NCBI RefSeq assembly: GCF_006345805.1
Contig: NC_042999.1
Coordinates: forward strand, 79,236,001 to 79,300,000
DNA from: Octopus sinensis
Lineage: Eukaryota
Length of the DNA: 64,000 bases
Direction: 5' to 3'
Shown: positions 15,181 through 27,318 of the stretch, one piece after another
How the letters are laid out: every line of letters begins with the position of its first letter
Numbering within the stretch: position 1 is the first letter of the stretch
Notes under the pieces: model-generated
Database searches by the model: none
The model's input: the letters and a program-made list of their open reading frames with translations, nothing else
Told to the model about the DNA's origin: nothing
Made by a program: the position numbers and the translations under genes

Positions 15181-15433
15181 ATAAGATACTGTCATATAAT
15201 TTCTTTTATTCTTTGTTCAATCTTTAATTGTGTTGTTTCTTCATATATTCTCACTGACACACACACACACACACACACACACACCACACACCCTCTCTCT
15301 CTCTCCCTTTCTCTCAATGTCTTCTCTTCTCTGACTATTTCTTCCCTTTCTTTGTTTATTTAGTCTTAAGTACTACAGCGTAAATCATAATTTAAACGCC
15401 AACAATGTCAGTCGAAACTGGTGGTGATGATGG

Positions 15434-15488
<55 letters not shown>

Positions 15489-15644
15489 AATGATGATAAT
15501 GATGATGATGATGATGATGATGGTGATTAAGGAGGGACAGACAAAGTATGATGGTAAAGACGACCATGATACAGAAGATCATCACTATTGTAATGAAGTG
15601 AAATAAACAACACGACCATAACAACAACAACAACAATAACACTA

Positions 15645-15866
15645 ATAATCCTTTCTACTACAAGCGAAAAGCCTGGAATTTGAGAGGGAGGGGACTAGTC
15701 AATTACACTGACCTCAGTGCTTAACTGGTACTTACTTTATCGAGCCCCGAAATGATGAAAAGCTAAGACGACCTCGGTGGCAAATGAACCCAAGACGTAA
15801 AGAGGAACAAAAATGCCGTTAAGATTTTGTTCGGCGTGCAAACCATCCAGCCAGTTCGCCGCCTTA
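15645..15866 (-). mobile_element. SINE A monomer, diverged
   Basis: Tail aatcctttctacta through head ccagttcgccgcctta. Confidence 0.85.
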
Positions 15867-15879
15867 ACAACAACAACAA

Positions 15880-16272
15880 TAACTGGCACAAGACCAGCAA
15901 TTTCAGGTAAGGGTAGTTTTGGTGGGCAGGTGATGAGTCCGTTACATTGACCCAGTGTTCAACTGGTACTTATTTTATCGGCCCCGAAAGGATGAAACTC
16001 GGAATTTGAACTCAGAACGTAACGGCAGACGAAATACCTATTTCTTTACTACCCACAAGGGGCTAAACACAGAGAGTCCAAACAAGGACAGACAAACGGA
16101 TCAAGTCGATTATATCGACCCCAGTGCGTAACTAGTACTTATTTAATCGACCCTGAACGGATGAAAGGCAAAGTCGACCTCGGCGGAATTTGAACTCAGA
16201 AAACTAACGGCAGACGAAATACCGCTAAGCATTTCGCCCGGCGTGCTAACGTTTCTACCAGCTCGCCGCCTT
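15880..16272 (-). mobile_element. Dimeric SINE A (two central domains joined by a linker). Possibly the octopus Twin SINE; name recalled and unverified.
   Basis: Two copies of ctggtactta..atcg.ccc.gaa.ggatgaaa...gaatttgaactcagaa separated by the linker tatttctttactacccacaaggggctaaacacagag (16039-16100). Confidence 0.9.
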
Positions 16273-16589
16273 GGTAATGATGATGATATTGATTGTATTA
16301 GTAGTGGTAGTGGAATGGTGAGTGATGATGATGGTGTTGTTGTTGTTATTAGTGGTGGTGGTGGTTGATGGTAGTGGTGAAGATAGACACTGATAATACT
16401 GTTGCTGATAGCCTTAATATTAAAAGCCTGCACCGGCCGTAGATCACGTTGAATTTGACAGCTTGCCACGCACAGCCAAACACATGCACACACAAGTGCT
16501 CATACACTTGCAGACAGACATCCCTTCAAACACACATAATACACAAGCAAACTCACAACAAAAAAGCATATATCTTAATCAACATTAAG

Positions 16590-16612
16590 TATCATCAACC
16601 ACATCATCATCA

Positions 16613-16644
<32 letters not shown>

Positions 16645-16771
16645 ATCGTTACAGACATCATCATCAGCAGCATCATCACAACCATCGGCGCTTTAGTCAC
16701 CACAACAACTCTTATCGTTAGCGGAATCACCATTACGTCGTTATCTTCGCCGTCGTCACTTCATCATCTTC

Positions 16772-16856
<85 letters not shown>

Positions 16857-17085
16857 GTCATCATCATCGTTGTCGTCGTTGTCGTTGCCATCATCACTAC
16901 CACATCCGCCGCCACCGCCACCACCATCACCACCACCATCATCGCTTTCACTTATACTAACAACTTCATGATAATTATGAAGCCTCCTTATCACAACCAC
17001 CTACGCCACCATCACTTAATTACCACCCCAACCACCACGCTCGTCCTTCTCATCGTCTTTCACATTATCATCATCATCATCACAC
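16590..17085. repeat. (CAT/CGT/CAC)n mosaic
   Basis: Pure (CAT)n at about 16774-16870. Confidence 0.9.
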
Positions 17086-17512
17086 TGAGGTCGATAACCT
17101 CAATTGATATTCACAAATTGTATGCCGTGCATACAGGCAATCGCCATATTGGATATTGCTGAATACTTCACTCTGAATATCGTAATGAGTTCTTGAAGTT
17201 AATCTTGTAGAGCAATCGACATAAAGATCAATGGCAAATTCCTTCAGTATCTCTATTCTGTGAGCTTGTGAAGGAGACCACTGCGTGGTCGCTTGATCTA
17301 CTAAAATTAGCAACCACTATCCTATTAGAATCACTCTCTTCGAAAAAAAAACAAAAAAAAAACAAACAAAAAAACAACACAAAAATGTACAGATCGTCTA
17401 AATGCAGTTACACAAGTACTATATCTGAGAAAAAACAGAAAAAAGATTAGTCACGTTTGAAATTTCTATGATCATAGGTCAGTTTGATCAAACCACAGGC
17501 TAAACAACAGCA
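17085..17512 (+). mobile_element. Old SINE-like family E with ggctaaacaac tail
   Basis: gtggtcgcttgatctactaaaattagcaacca is shared with 55210 (gtgatcgcctgatctgctagaaataacagcca). The tgatcataggtc...ggctaaacaacag tail is also seen at 4270-4530 and 10860-11005. Confidence 0.55.
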
Positions 17513-17699
17513 GCATTTTCATTCTTTCATTCTTTCATTCAATAAATAATACGCATTCCCCATTTTTTTTTTCTTTCACGTTCTCATGGGTTAGTCCTAG
17601 ATGGAATTTTTTTTATCATAAGTGAGCCTGATAAGGGCAGACCTAGGGCTAAGCAGCAATGTCATTCATCATTGTGTCATTGATATTTTCAATAAATAA

Positions 17700-18035
17700 C
17701 ATTTTTTCTTTTCGGGGTCCATATAAGATTTGGAGGTGGGGATGGGGTTCACGCACCAAAGCAGTAAATTGGGGACCTACGGTAGTATTTTAAGGGCCCT
17801 TGAAAAAGTTTTGCTTTAGATGTATATTTTGGTATTTATTGAGAGAAACAGCGAGGTTTATTTCTCAAACATTTTACGTAGTTCTAACGACACAAATGAA
17901 TGTGTGGAAAACAAAACAAGAATTTTGAAAGAACTTGCTATACAACTAGGTTTTAAACATCGAATGACTATGGGGGTGCGCCGAAGAAAATAGTAATCTA
18001 AGAGGCCTATAGATAAATAATAGCTGAGAACCCTG
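17700..18035. mobile_element. hAT/Charlie-like MITE remnant
   Basis: The right end ..gctgagaaccctg is the reverse complement of a CAGGGGTTCTCAACC-type Charlie TIR. Repeated ggggtcca-like subterminal motifs. The left TIR is not recognisable. Confidence 0.5.
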
Positions 18036-18705
18036 ATATAGTTGCCCATATATTTTTTACTCTTTGTATCTTTCATTCATTTCATCAGTAAATTTCTCTC
18101 GTTTCTTGTCTCCGACAAACACCCATTGGTTTATTCTCTCCTTCCCTTGTTCATTTATTTCATTGTTCATTACATTGACTTAATCCAGTTCTCCCACTTT
18201 TGATTATTATTTCATTCGCACAACAAATCCGTTTCCTTATTCTTTCATTTGATTGTTCATAGTTTCAGTAAAGTAACTAACTTATTCTTTCACCCAGTAC
18301 AACGCATGTCTCTCTCACTCCCCTCTCTCTCTCCCTCTCTCACCCCCTCTCTCTCCCCCTCTATCTTTCTCTCTTTCTTTCTCTCTCTCACATACAAATG
18401 CACTATTATTCAATCGTTTAGAATAGTCATTTGCTCATTAACTCATATGTTTTTCTTATTACTTCTTTGTAATTATCAGACAGGTAGACCCACTCACACG
18501 CATCTGTATGTCCGCGCCCCACCACACGCACACACAACAGCCCACACGCATATATATATATATATACAATATATATATATATATATATTATATACACACA
18601 CACATACATATATATATATATCTGTCCGTTTTTGTATCGTCCATCTGTCCGTATGTTTTTATTGTCGTTCGTTACGTTCTTGTTCCGTATTTTGGATTTA
18701 TATAT

Positions 18706-18761
<56 letters not shown>

Positions 18762-19182
18762 GTGTGCGTTGTGTGTGTGTGTGTGTGCGTGTGTGTGTAT
18801 GTATGAGGCTTTGTTGTAAAGAAAGTGCTCTGATAATGACACATTAGAAAATACATAGAACACATATGAGCACAAATACCTGATACTAAACTGTTGATCC
18901 GATGAGAGAAAGGGAACAGAAGAACAGAGAGGCGTGGGGAGAGAAGGAAAGAGAGAGCTTCAGTGAGTGGGTGAGAGATAGTCACTAGCTTTAAATATGC
19001 TTTTTGAAAGAAACAAGCATAAAATAATTGAAAATAAATAAAATAAGAACAAATTTTAAGAAGAGGAATAAAATAGAAATACAAGTGGTATATTATTACA
19101 TGGACAGCGAAGTTCAAGGACATTTCTAAATCCTAGTGCATACATAGATATTAGAGGAAAAGGGAGACAAGGGAGGAACAAA

Positions 19183-19223
19183 GGAAGAAGAAGAAGAAGA
19201 AGAAGAAGAAGAAGAAGAAGAAG

Positions 19224-19255
<32 letters not shown>

Positions 19256-19278
19256 GAAGAAGAAGAAGAAGAAGAAGA
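19183..19278. repeat. (GAA)n microsatellite
   Basis: Direct inspection. Confidence 0.95.
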
Positions 19279-20469
19279 CCCGTGTCTCACCACATATTTC
19301 TGTATTTCATATTAAAAAAAATATCTATCTTCCCACATTTTTACATTTTATTTATCCCACCGCTTTGTTTAAAGCCAACAGCAGATAAAATAATGGTTGT
19401 TTGGAGAGTCGTGTGGATTCATTTCTTAAATCCTTAGTAGTTATAATAGATTTCCTTCCTCTTTCTCCTCCACCCCTCGAAAACAACATTCACACTTAGA
19501 AACGTATAGACATAAAGGGACGGTCATATTAAAGTCTAGTGCGGCCATCTTACCCGTAGCTTGTATAGCTCTGCAATTTTTCGCTCAAACAGCAATGACA
19601 AAGCATTCCTTTAGCAAAGGGCGGTGGGGGCTGAAACAGAATGTGGGGGTCTCAATCTTTTTGATCGTACACCGACAATGTTGTCTGAGACGGGAAAAAC
19701 ATATGCTCTACCATTTTGTGTTCATCCTACTATTTATTTTGTTTAAATCACACACACACACACGTACATCTATGTATATGTATATATATGTATGTATATA
19801 TACATACTTACACACACAGACACACGCATATATATTTGTAGATACAAAAAACGTATTCATACATGTATGTTTGGTATATTTTTATTCCTTACGAGCATAT
19901 ATGTACGAAAATATTTATAAAAAAGAACTTCAATAAAAGAGAAAATGTTTTAAAGTGATTTTTAAAATACGTGACATACGATACACTGGCACGCACATGC
20001 ATATATATATATATGCATGCATATATATAGTATGTATATGAGTATGTATATGCACAGATGTATACATAAACTCAGGGCCCCTAAACTTTCCCACACACTC
20101 ATCTACCTTTTATTTAATGTATGTATGTATGTATATGTATGTAAGTTATTCGTATGTATATATATATATATATTATATATATATATATATATACTGGTCC
20201 CCGTGCCGTAGAAATGACGGCTAATTGTAGTATTTATATATATATAATATTATTATATATTATAGGTACAAAACCAAGATTTTGGTTTAATAATTCTTTT
20301 TACTACTAAAGAATTTTCAGGATTTCCTTCCTTCTTGTCCGACTTAAGGCTACATAAATCTGGCCGTGACTAAATACTGGAGCTGCCAAGTAAATACCAA
20401 ATATACAGGGTTGAAACGCTGTTTGATTTTTCTTTTCAGCGTTGAATGTTCACCATCTCACTTCCATTG

Positions 20470-20522
<53 letters not shown>

Positions 20523-20741
20523 ACACACACACACACACAAAACATTCACATACCTCCCTTTTACATATACACACATAAACTCACAGAGTTGAAACGCTGT
20601 TTGTTTTTTCTTTTCAGCGTTCAATTTAACCAATATATATATATATTTTTAAATAGAGGTTAAAATAGCCACCTAAAGGGATATTATTTTGTTGTGAATA
20701 GAAATATCCTTGAGTTTAAATCTTGGTTTATAAATATTCAA

Positions 20742-21015
20742 ATTAAAATTCAGAAAATGGAGATGTAGCATTAATATAGTTTATTAACTGCAAAATCCAA
20801 CGTATTCTCTTACAGCTGTTTCAATTTTGCCCAAAGGAATTAAATTCCAGTAATTAAAACATTTTATTGGGCACAATCTCGTCAGAGGAGTAAAAACAAC
20901 ATATCTTTATGTTATTACATGTTATTCTTCCAAAACATCTCAACAGCTGTAAGTGAAACATGTTGAATTTTTGCAGTTAATAAACTATATTAACGCTATT
21001 TCACCATTTTCCGGA

Positions 21016-21022
<7 letters not shown>
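20742..21022. mobile_element. Foldback/MITE with about 80-bp inverted arms
   Basis: 20742-20820 is the imperfect reverse complement of 20942-21022, including an exact ttaatatagtttattaactgcaaaa block. Confidence 0.75.
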
Positions 21023-21054
<32 letters not shown>

Positions 21055-21769
21055 ATATATACACCACAACATATATATGCGTGAATATGTACATATTTCA
21101 AATATATGTTTGCGTGTGTGTGTGTGTGTGTGCATAATTGGTTACGTATGTAGCCACGTCTGCTATATGTTCCTACATGACTATATTCTTTGAACGATAT
21201 AGACGCGTAGCAAAATGTATGCGTGTGTGCAATTGTATCTAAGTTTAAGTGCTGCTATGTATATGTCAACGTTAAAGATACGTATAATGCGCTACATTTA
21301 TACACATGCAAACCAAATGCGAACATATTCATAAGACAATTCACACGAGTACATTCCTAATACCTACGTATATATATATAGGCAGTATATGTGTGTTTAT
21401 GTGTGTGTGTGTTGTGTGTGTGTGTGTGTGTGTAGTTATGCTGCGATGAGACCTAACCTGCACTGATACATTGATATATACAGGGTGGTCATAAATTCGC
21501 GCACCATCCTTCAACATGTGAAATTGCTAACATTCTCTTTTTTTTAATGTCTTTTCACAACTACCGATATTATTCACAAACCATTCCTCGTTGGATGGAG
21601 GCAGATAATCAACTAGGCGGGAGCAAGGTATTGGTGTGGCGTGGGATTTGACACAATCAACGATTTGAACCAATATTACAAATTATTGAAAAACAAGGTG
21701 GGTATGTCTGTTTGCTTCCAATTTAGAATTATAGCACTCTTGTTAGTCCCCGAGGTCATGCTAAGCAAA

Positions 21770-22815
21770 AAGCCAGAAAGCGGCTTACATAATACCAGAG
21801 TTCCAGGACGGCTCTCACAATAGATGGTACAGTGTTCTTTAGAAAGTAGGTTCAGTACAAATGCTGGGAGAAAAAGAAAGACTTGTTCATTGCATTCGTG
21901 GATTTGTCAAATATCCTTGACACTGTAAACAATGAACTTCTCTGCAATATTCTAAGAGAATTTAACTGTTCACCCAATTCTGTGAAACTCCTTTACCATT
22001 TGAATCCATGGATGATAGCGCTAATTGTTGGTGAAAGGCATAAATCTGAGTGCTTTAGAGTAAATAAAGAGGTTAGAAAATCTTCCATTCTGATTTTCGT
22101 ACTGTTTAATATTTTCCTCGACTGTATAATGACATGTTACCCGAAGAACGGAGAGGATAGAATTATGACAATAGTCAGTGTTAACTTCCAACTCGTTGGA
22201 AAGATTTCCAACATGGGGATCCTTTAGAGCAACGTCAATCTTAGATCTGAACACTGGTCATTCTGAAACAGTATGCTAATGACTATCTTCTTATAGCTTA
22301 CATCCTGAAAGCCCTAGAGATCGTAATCTCGGCTACATTTCTAGATCATTAAAGAATGAGTCTCACAGTTAACACTTCTTAAACAGCGATTATATTTCAA
22401 TGGAATACTTCATCGCCCTCATTCTACCCCACTTACTCGACTGAATAGCAATATCTAGCCATGCTCGATTAAATTCAGATACCCAGGCGGCAGAATTGCC
22501 ATTGATTGTTTCTTGAGCAAAAGGATTCTAATTCGCATAAAAAAAGGCACTGTATCCTTTACAAGAATCAGAAAAAGTGTCTTTCGAAATTTCCATCTCA
22601 GCCGCAGTACTAAAATTTTCATCTTCCAGATGTGTTTCTGTTCTTTTGAGTGGGTGCAAAATACGGTACACATGCAACCGACATAGTGAAACCCTGATGC
22701 TTTTAAGAACTAACGTTTCAAGATGACCCTTTTCGTTAACAACAAGATAGAATTATGAGCACAGAAATCCTCCGTTGAACCATAACTAAGAGCATTGAAT
22801 CTGGCTTATACTGGC
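21770..22815 (+). mobile_element. RTE (BovB-like) LINE ORF fragment, heavily decayed
   Basis: QYKCWEKKKDLFIAFVDLSNILDTVNNELL (RT: LQEKC.EQN.DLYIAFVDLTKAFDTV), then VLFNIFL, QYAND (YADD) and FRYPGG..RIKK...FRNFHL....TKI, with QDRIMSTEIL downstream. Confidence 0.85.
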
Positions 22816-22873
22816 TCAAAGAAGAGGGCTCAGACATACAGTGCACGTCTAACTTTCCCTTATATATACATAC

Positions 22874-22875
<2 letters not shown>

Positions 22876-22904
<29 letters not shown>

Positions 22905-22940
22905 TGTATGTATGTATGTATGTATGTATGTATGTATGTA
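22876..22940. repeat. (TATG)n microsatellite
   Basis: Direct inspection. Confidence 0.95.
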
Positions 22941-23104
22941 TTCGACGGGCATCTTTCAGTTTCCGTCTACAATAATCCACTCAGAAGGCTTTGGTCGGCC
23001 GAGGCTATAGTAGAAGACTTGCTCAAGGACTCACGCAGTGGGACTGAACGCGGAACCATGTGATTGGGAAGCAAGCTTCTTACCACACAGCCACACCTGC
23101 ACCT
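22941..23104 (-). mobile_element. SINE B 5' half
   Basis: ttcgacgggcatctttcagtttccgtctac...cttaccacacagccacacctgcacc. Confidence 0.9.
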
Positions 23105-23936
23105 ATATATATACACACACACACACACACACATACACACACACACACTCACGTATTTCAAATTAAGTGATTCGTCACTGAAAATACAATTTACTTTGAT
23201 GAATTAAATACAAAACATAATAAATACGCGAGAAATACACACCAAAAGTAAAAAAGAAAACAAAATCATATTAAATTAAGTAATTTTTCTAATCTAAATT
23301 TTCTAGCTTTCAAAAACTTTTTTTTTTCTTTTCAAAATATACATTATTTTATACATACATACATATATATACATTCATTCACACACACACACATACATGC
23401 ACACATGCACAAACACACATATATTTACCAAACAATGTATTCAGTAAAGCGCGTAAATTTTTTCCCTTCTTTATCTTATCTCTTCACAGATCTCTCGTAT
23501 TTTTCTTTGTCTCCCTTTACTTTTCTGTTTGTCTACATTTACATTTTTTTCCATCTAAATTACTTGGTCTTCTTACACTGCACCAATATTTAAAACACAC
23601 ACACACTCACACATACATATACACACACGCACGCACGCACGCACATGTATTTGATTGGGTATTCCACCATTCCTGCACCCTCCTTTCTTGTAGCCATTCA
23701 CTCTTTTACCTTTCCCTCTATTAAATATAATTTGACAGCGATTTTAAGAGAAAAGTCCTCCCACCTCCATCAAAAAACTATTACACATTTTAGTGATAAT
23801 AACTGTTTGAAAATATAGGCAATTTGATGAAGCGATACATATACATCTACATACAAGTTATGAATGTGCACAGGCATATAAAAAACCTTTTCTACATATT
23901 TATGTGCATGTATGTATGTATGTGTATATATATGAA

Positions 23937-24063
<127 letters not shown>

Positions 24064-24064
24064 T

Positions 24065-24222
24065 GATACACGATCCCTATTGATCGGCCCCACTTTTTTT
24101 CACGATCCCTTTTAATCGGAATTTGCCCCTCTCCCTTTTTTCCCATTCCCTTCTTCCCAAAAAGAAAAGCTTTACTTTGTATTTTGTCCCTTCTGTGTTT
24201 AGCCCAGCGTGGCAATAAAGAA

Positions 24223-24224
<2 letters not shown>
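24065..24224 (+). mobile_element. Family G: LINE-like 3' end with AATAAA and a (TATC)n tail
   Basis: Homologous to the reverse complement of 61034-61200 (gatacac.atccctatt.atcg.ccccacttt...cacgatcccttt..atcggaa...ttttgtcccttctgt.tt.agccc..cgtggc.aataaagaaatctatc). Confidence 0.75.
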
Positions 24225-24299
<75 letters not shown>

Positions 24300-24329
24300 C
24301 CATCTCTCTCTCTTTCTCTCTCTCTCTCT

Positions 24330-24392
<63 letters not shown>

Positions 24393-24552
24393 TATAATAC
24401 CAAACGAATTGATATACATATATCACCATACATCACACACATAGTCACACATACACATATAAGATAGATTGATAGATGGAGAGAGAAAGAGAACGCGAGA
24501 GAGATATTTTGTGTCTGAACTTCTCAAATTCGCAAGAACACGTATATCGTCT

Positions 24553-24592
<40 letters not shown>

Positions 24593-25035
24593 GTATGTGT
24601 TATATGACAATTAGTAGAGAGCGAGAGAGAGAGAAAGAGAAAATGGAGGAGGGGTAGGGTCATTTCGGTTTATGTATTGAATGAGGTAGGTAGGTTTGCC
24701 AAAAAAAGCTAATAGCGTGGGAGTAGTCCAAAATTCTGTCACCAGTTTATAATAAAAACAAAAACAAAACAGCTGTGTTATTACAGTTCTTTCATTTTCT
24801 TTTTCTTTGCCAAACTAGAATTTTAAGCAACATTTCTTCTATACAACTAGTAAGAAAATCATTCATATTTTACAATAGACAAGTTTTCCATGTTAAGTTC
24901 CTTTGACATTCAAAGTCGCACGAATGTGCAAATACGTACGCACAATTATGCACGCACACATACGAAAACACGCACTCTGTGACTCTCTCGCACATAGGCA
25001 CAATTTGCTGCACACACACACACACACACACACAC

Positions 25036-25066
<31 letters not shown>

Positions 25067-25080
25067 GCATATATATATAA

Positions 25081-25116
<36 letters not shown>

Positions 25117-25370
25117 TACTAATATAGGATGAAGTTTTTTTCTCTACAGAAAAAAATTCCATCAAGAAATGTGGCAGCATATTAAAATACCTTTACGGTT
25201 AAAATTATAAACAACTTATAATCTATCTTAATTTTTTTTAGCCCTTACTTATAAGTTATATATACGTATACATATATATATATGCGTGTGTGTGTGGATG
25301 AAACTGTTTTGATCCATACATGTAACTCCCAATAAATATTTTGAGAACCCCTCTTTTGTTTGTCCACTCA

Positions 25371-25439
<69 letters not shown>

Positions 25440-25599
25440 ATCTTATAAGGGTGTATGGCTTGTTGATATATAATCCATGCATTCGCTAATTGTTTTAAGT
25501 GTTCAAGAAGTTTCAATCAGACACAGACACGCTCTGGGTCCCTATACACTCGAAGCAGAAGTAAATCCACGATGTAACAGCTGGAAGAACAGAATCCTG

Positions 25600-25745
25600 G
25601 AACAGCCGTCTGGCTGATGATCGTTGACTAAAAAAACGTGTAATGAAGTATCTTGCCCAATGACAACACATCGCACGCTCCAAGAATCTAACAATACCTT
25701 AGATGGTTTCGCTGTAGATTGTGAATCACTTAGGCCATTTGCCTT
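25600..25745 (-). mobile_element. CORE-type SINE family F, decayed
   Basis: Reverse complement has a tRNA-like start ggcaaatggcctaagtg and tgttgtcattgggcaagatacttc (CORE-like). Confidence 0.5.
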
Positions 25746-25747
25746 CG

Positions 25748-25800
<53 letters not shown>

Positions 25801-25819
25801 GTGTGTGTGTGTGTGTGTG

Positions 25820-26010
25820 TCTGTTGAACAGCTGAACTCTATACGTTTTTTATATTCTCCCTGTGTTTATTTCCTCTTATTACTTTCTGATGAAGAACGT
25901 AGGCTCGAAACGTGAAAGACTTTTTCATTTTTCCCGAGCGTCAAACTAATACACTTGGTTCTTGTTCATACACCTGTCTTCGTCTTTTGTTTTTCTATAA
26001 ATTTCAATTA
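25820..26010 (+). mobile_element. Penelope-like element terminal-repeat remnant
   Basis: ctgatgaagaacgtaggctcgaaacgt followed by cctgtcttcgtcttttg and (TA)n. The CTGATGA...CGAAAC motif is characteristic of PLE terminal repeats. Confidence 0.65.
25883..25918 (+). ncRNA. Degenerate minimal hammerhead ribozyme
   Basis: CUGAUGA (25887-25893), stem II ga(a)c-gtag-gctc, GAAA (25907-25910), palindromic ACGU, stem I cttt/aaag. The cleavage position is G and stem II has a mismatch, so it is probably inactive. Confidence 0.55.
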
Positions 26011-26025
26011 TATATGTGTGTGTAT

Positions 26026-26074
<49 letters not shown>

Positions 26075-26177
26075 TACACACACACATACATATATACATA
26101 CACACACACACGCATATATGTTATAAACATAGGAAGAGAGACACTGTATGTGTGTGGAGGGGATGAGAGAGATAGAC

Positions 26178-26203
26178 AGACAGATAGATAGATAGATAGA
26201 TAT

Positions 26204-26279
<76 letters not shown>
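26178..26279. repeat. (GATA)n microsatellite
   Basis: Direct inspection. Further (GATA/TATC)n arrays at about 26950-27098, 27241-27318, 29690-29830, 43211-43290, 44256-44340, 45449-45607, 50652-50775 and 60960-61035. Confidence 0.95.
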
Positions 26280-26968
26280 TGAGAGAGAGAGAGAGAGTGA
26301 GAAAGAGAGAGTGAGAGCGAGAGGAGGTGAATGTACAAATATATTCTTCAGAATTGAAATGAAATAGATTCGTGAAGTAATCTCTTGAGCCGCCGAGTGC
26401 TTACCACTTACTGCAGGCTTCTTACGACTTTTATGCATGTATATTATACTTTATAAGCTACATGTCTTGGAAATAATTACTTCACATAAAGGACGGTAGT
26501 ACAATATAGAAATAGATCCTGAAGCGCAATCTGAGTGAAGTGGGGTTAAAAAGAAATAGAATTCTATAGAATTAATGGAGAGGAGAGGGGAGAGAGAGGG
26601 AGTGAGCGAGCGAGAGAGAAAGAGAGAGGGAAAGAGAGAGCTTAGTGAAGAGACAGCAACAGAGTATACAGGTAAGGGTGTGCATGTAAGAGAGTTAAAT
26701 CCTCAGGAACATATATGATATATAATACAGATTATTGTATAAATAAAGTTTCCTTGCTTTTAAGTGTGAAGAAATGAAAAAAGGAGGAGGAAGACAGAAT
26801 GAGGAGCACAGACAGATGGTGGTTTATAGAAGAAGGTAGATGTATATAGTGGGTAGACAGGGTGTAGTTAGATAAGTAAATAAACAAATAGGTACATAGA
26901 TACACATCCGCACGTATTGAGAAATAGTTATAGATAGAAATTATAGATAGATACATAGATAGATAGAC

Positions 26969-27001
<33 letters not shown>

Positions 27002-27031
27002 TAGACTGATAGATAGATAGATAAATAGATT

Positions 27032-27099
<68 letters not shown>

Positions 27100-27239
27100 T
27101 GTAGATATGGTGTGTTATATATCTACTGAATATGTGTGTGTATGTGTGTATGTATATATTCTGATTTGTGTATATCAGTTTCTATCACCGTCTAACTTCC
27201 ATCTTATTCTCTCGTTTCATAGCCATCTATCTATTTAAA

Positions 27240-27318
<79 letters not shown>

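Noticed and set aside
21478-21520. tatacagggtggtc resembling a Tc1 TIR start
   Set aside because: No matching second TIR or transposase was found
26485-26545. Minus-strand acceptor and 50-nt open segment (IALQDLFLYCTTVLYV)
   Set aside because: The donor is weak, there is no recognisable protein and no partner exons
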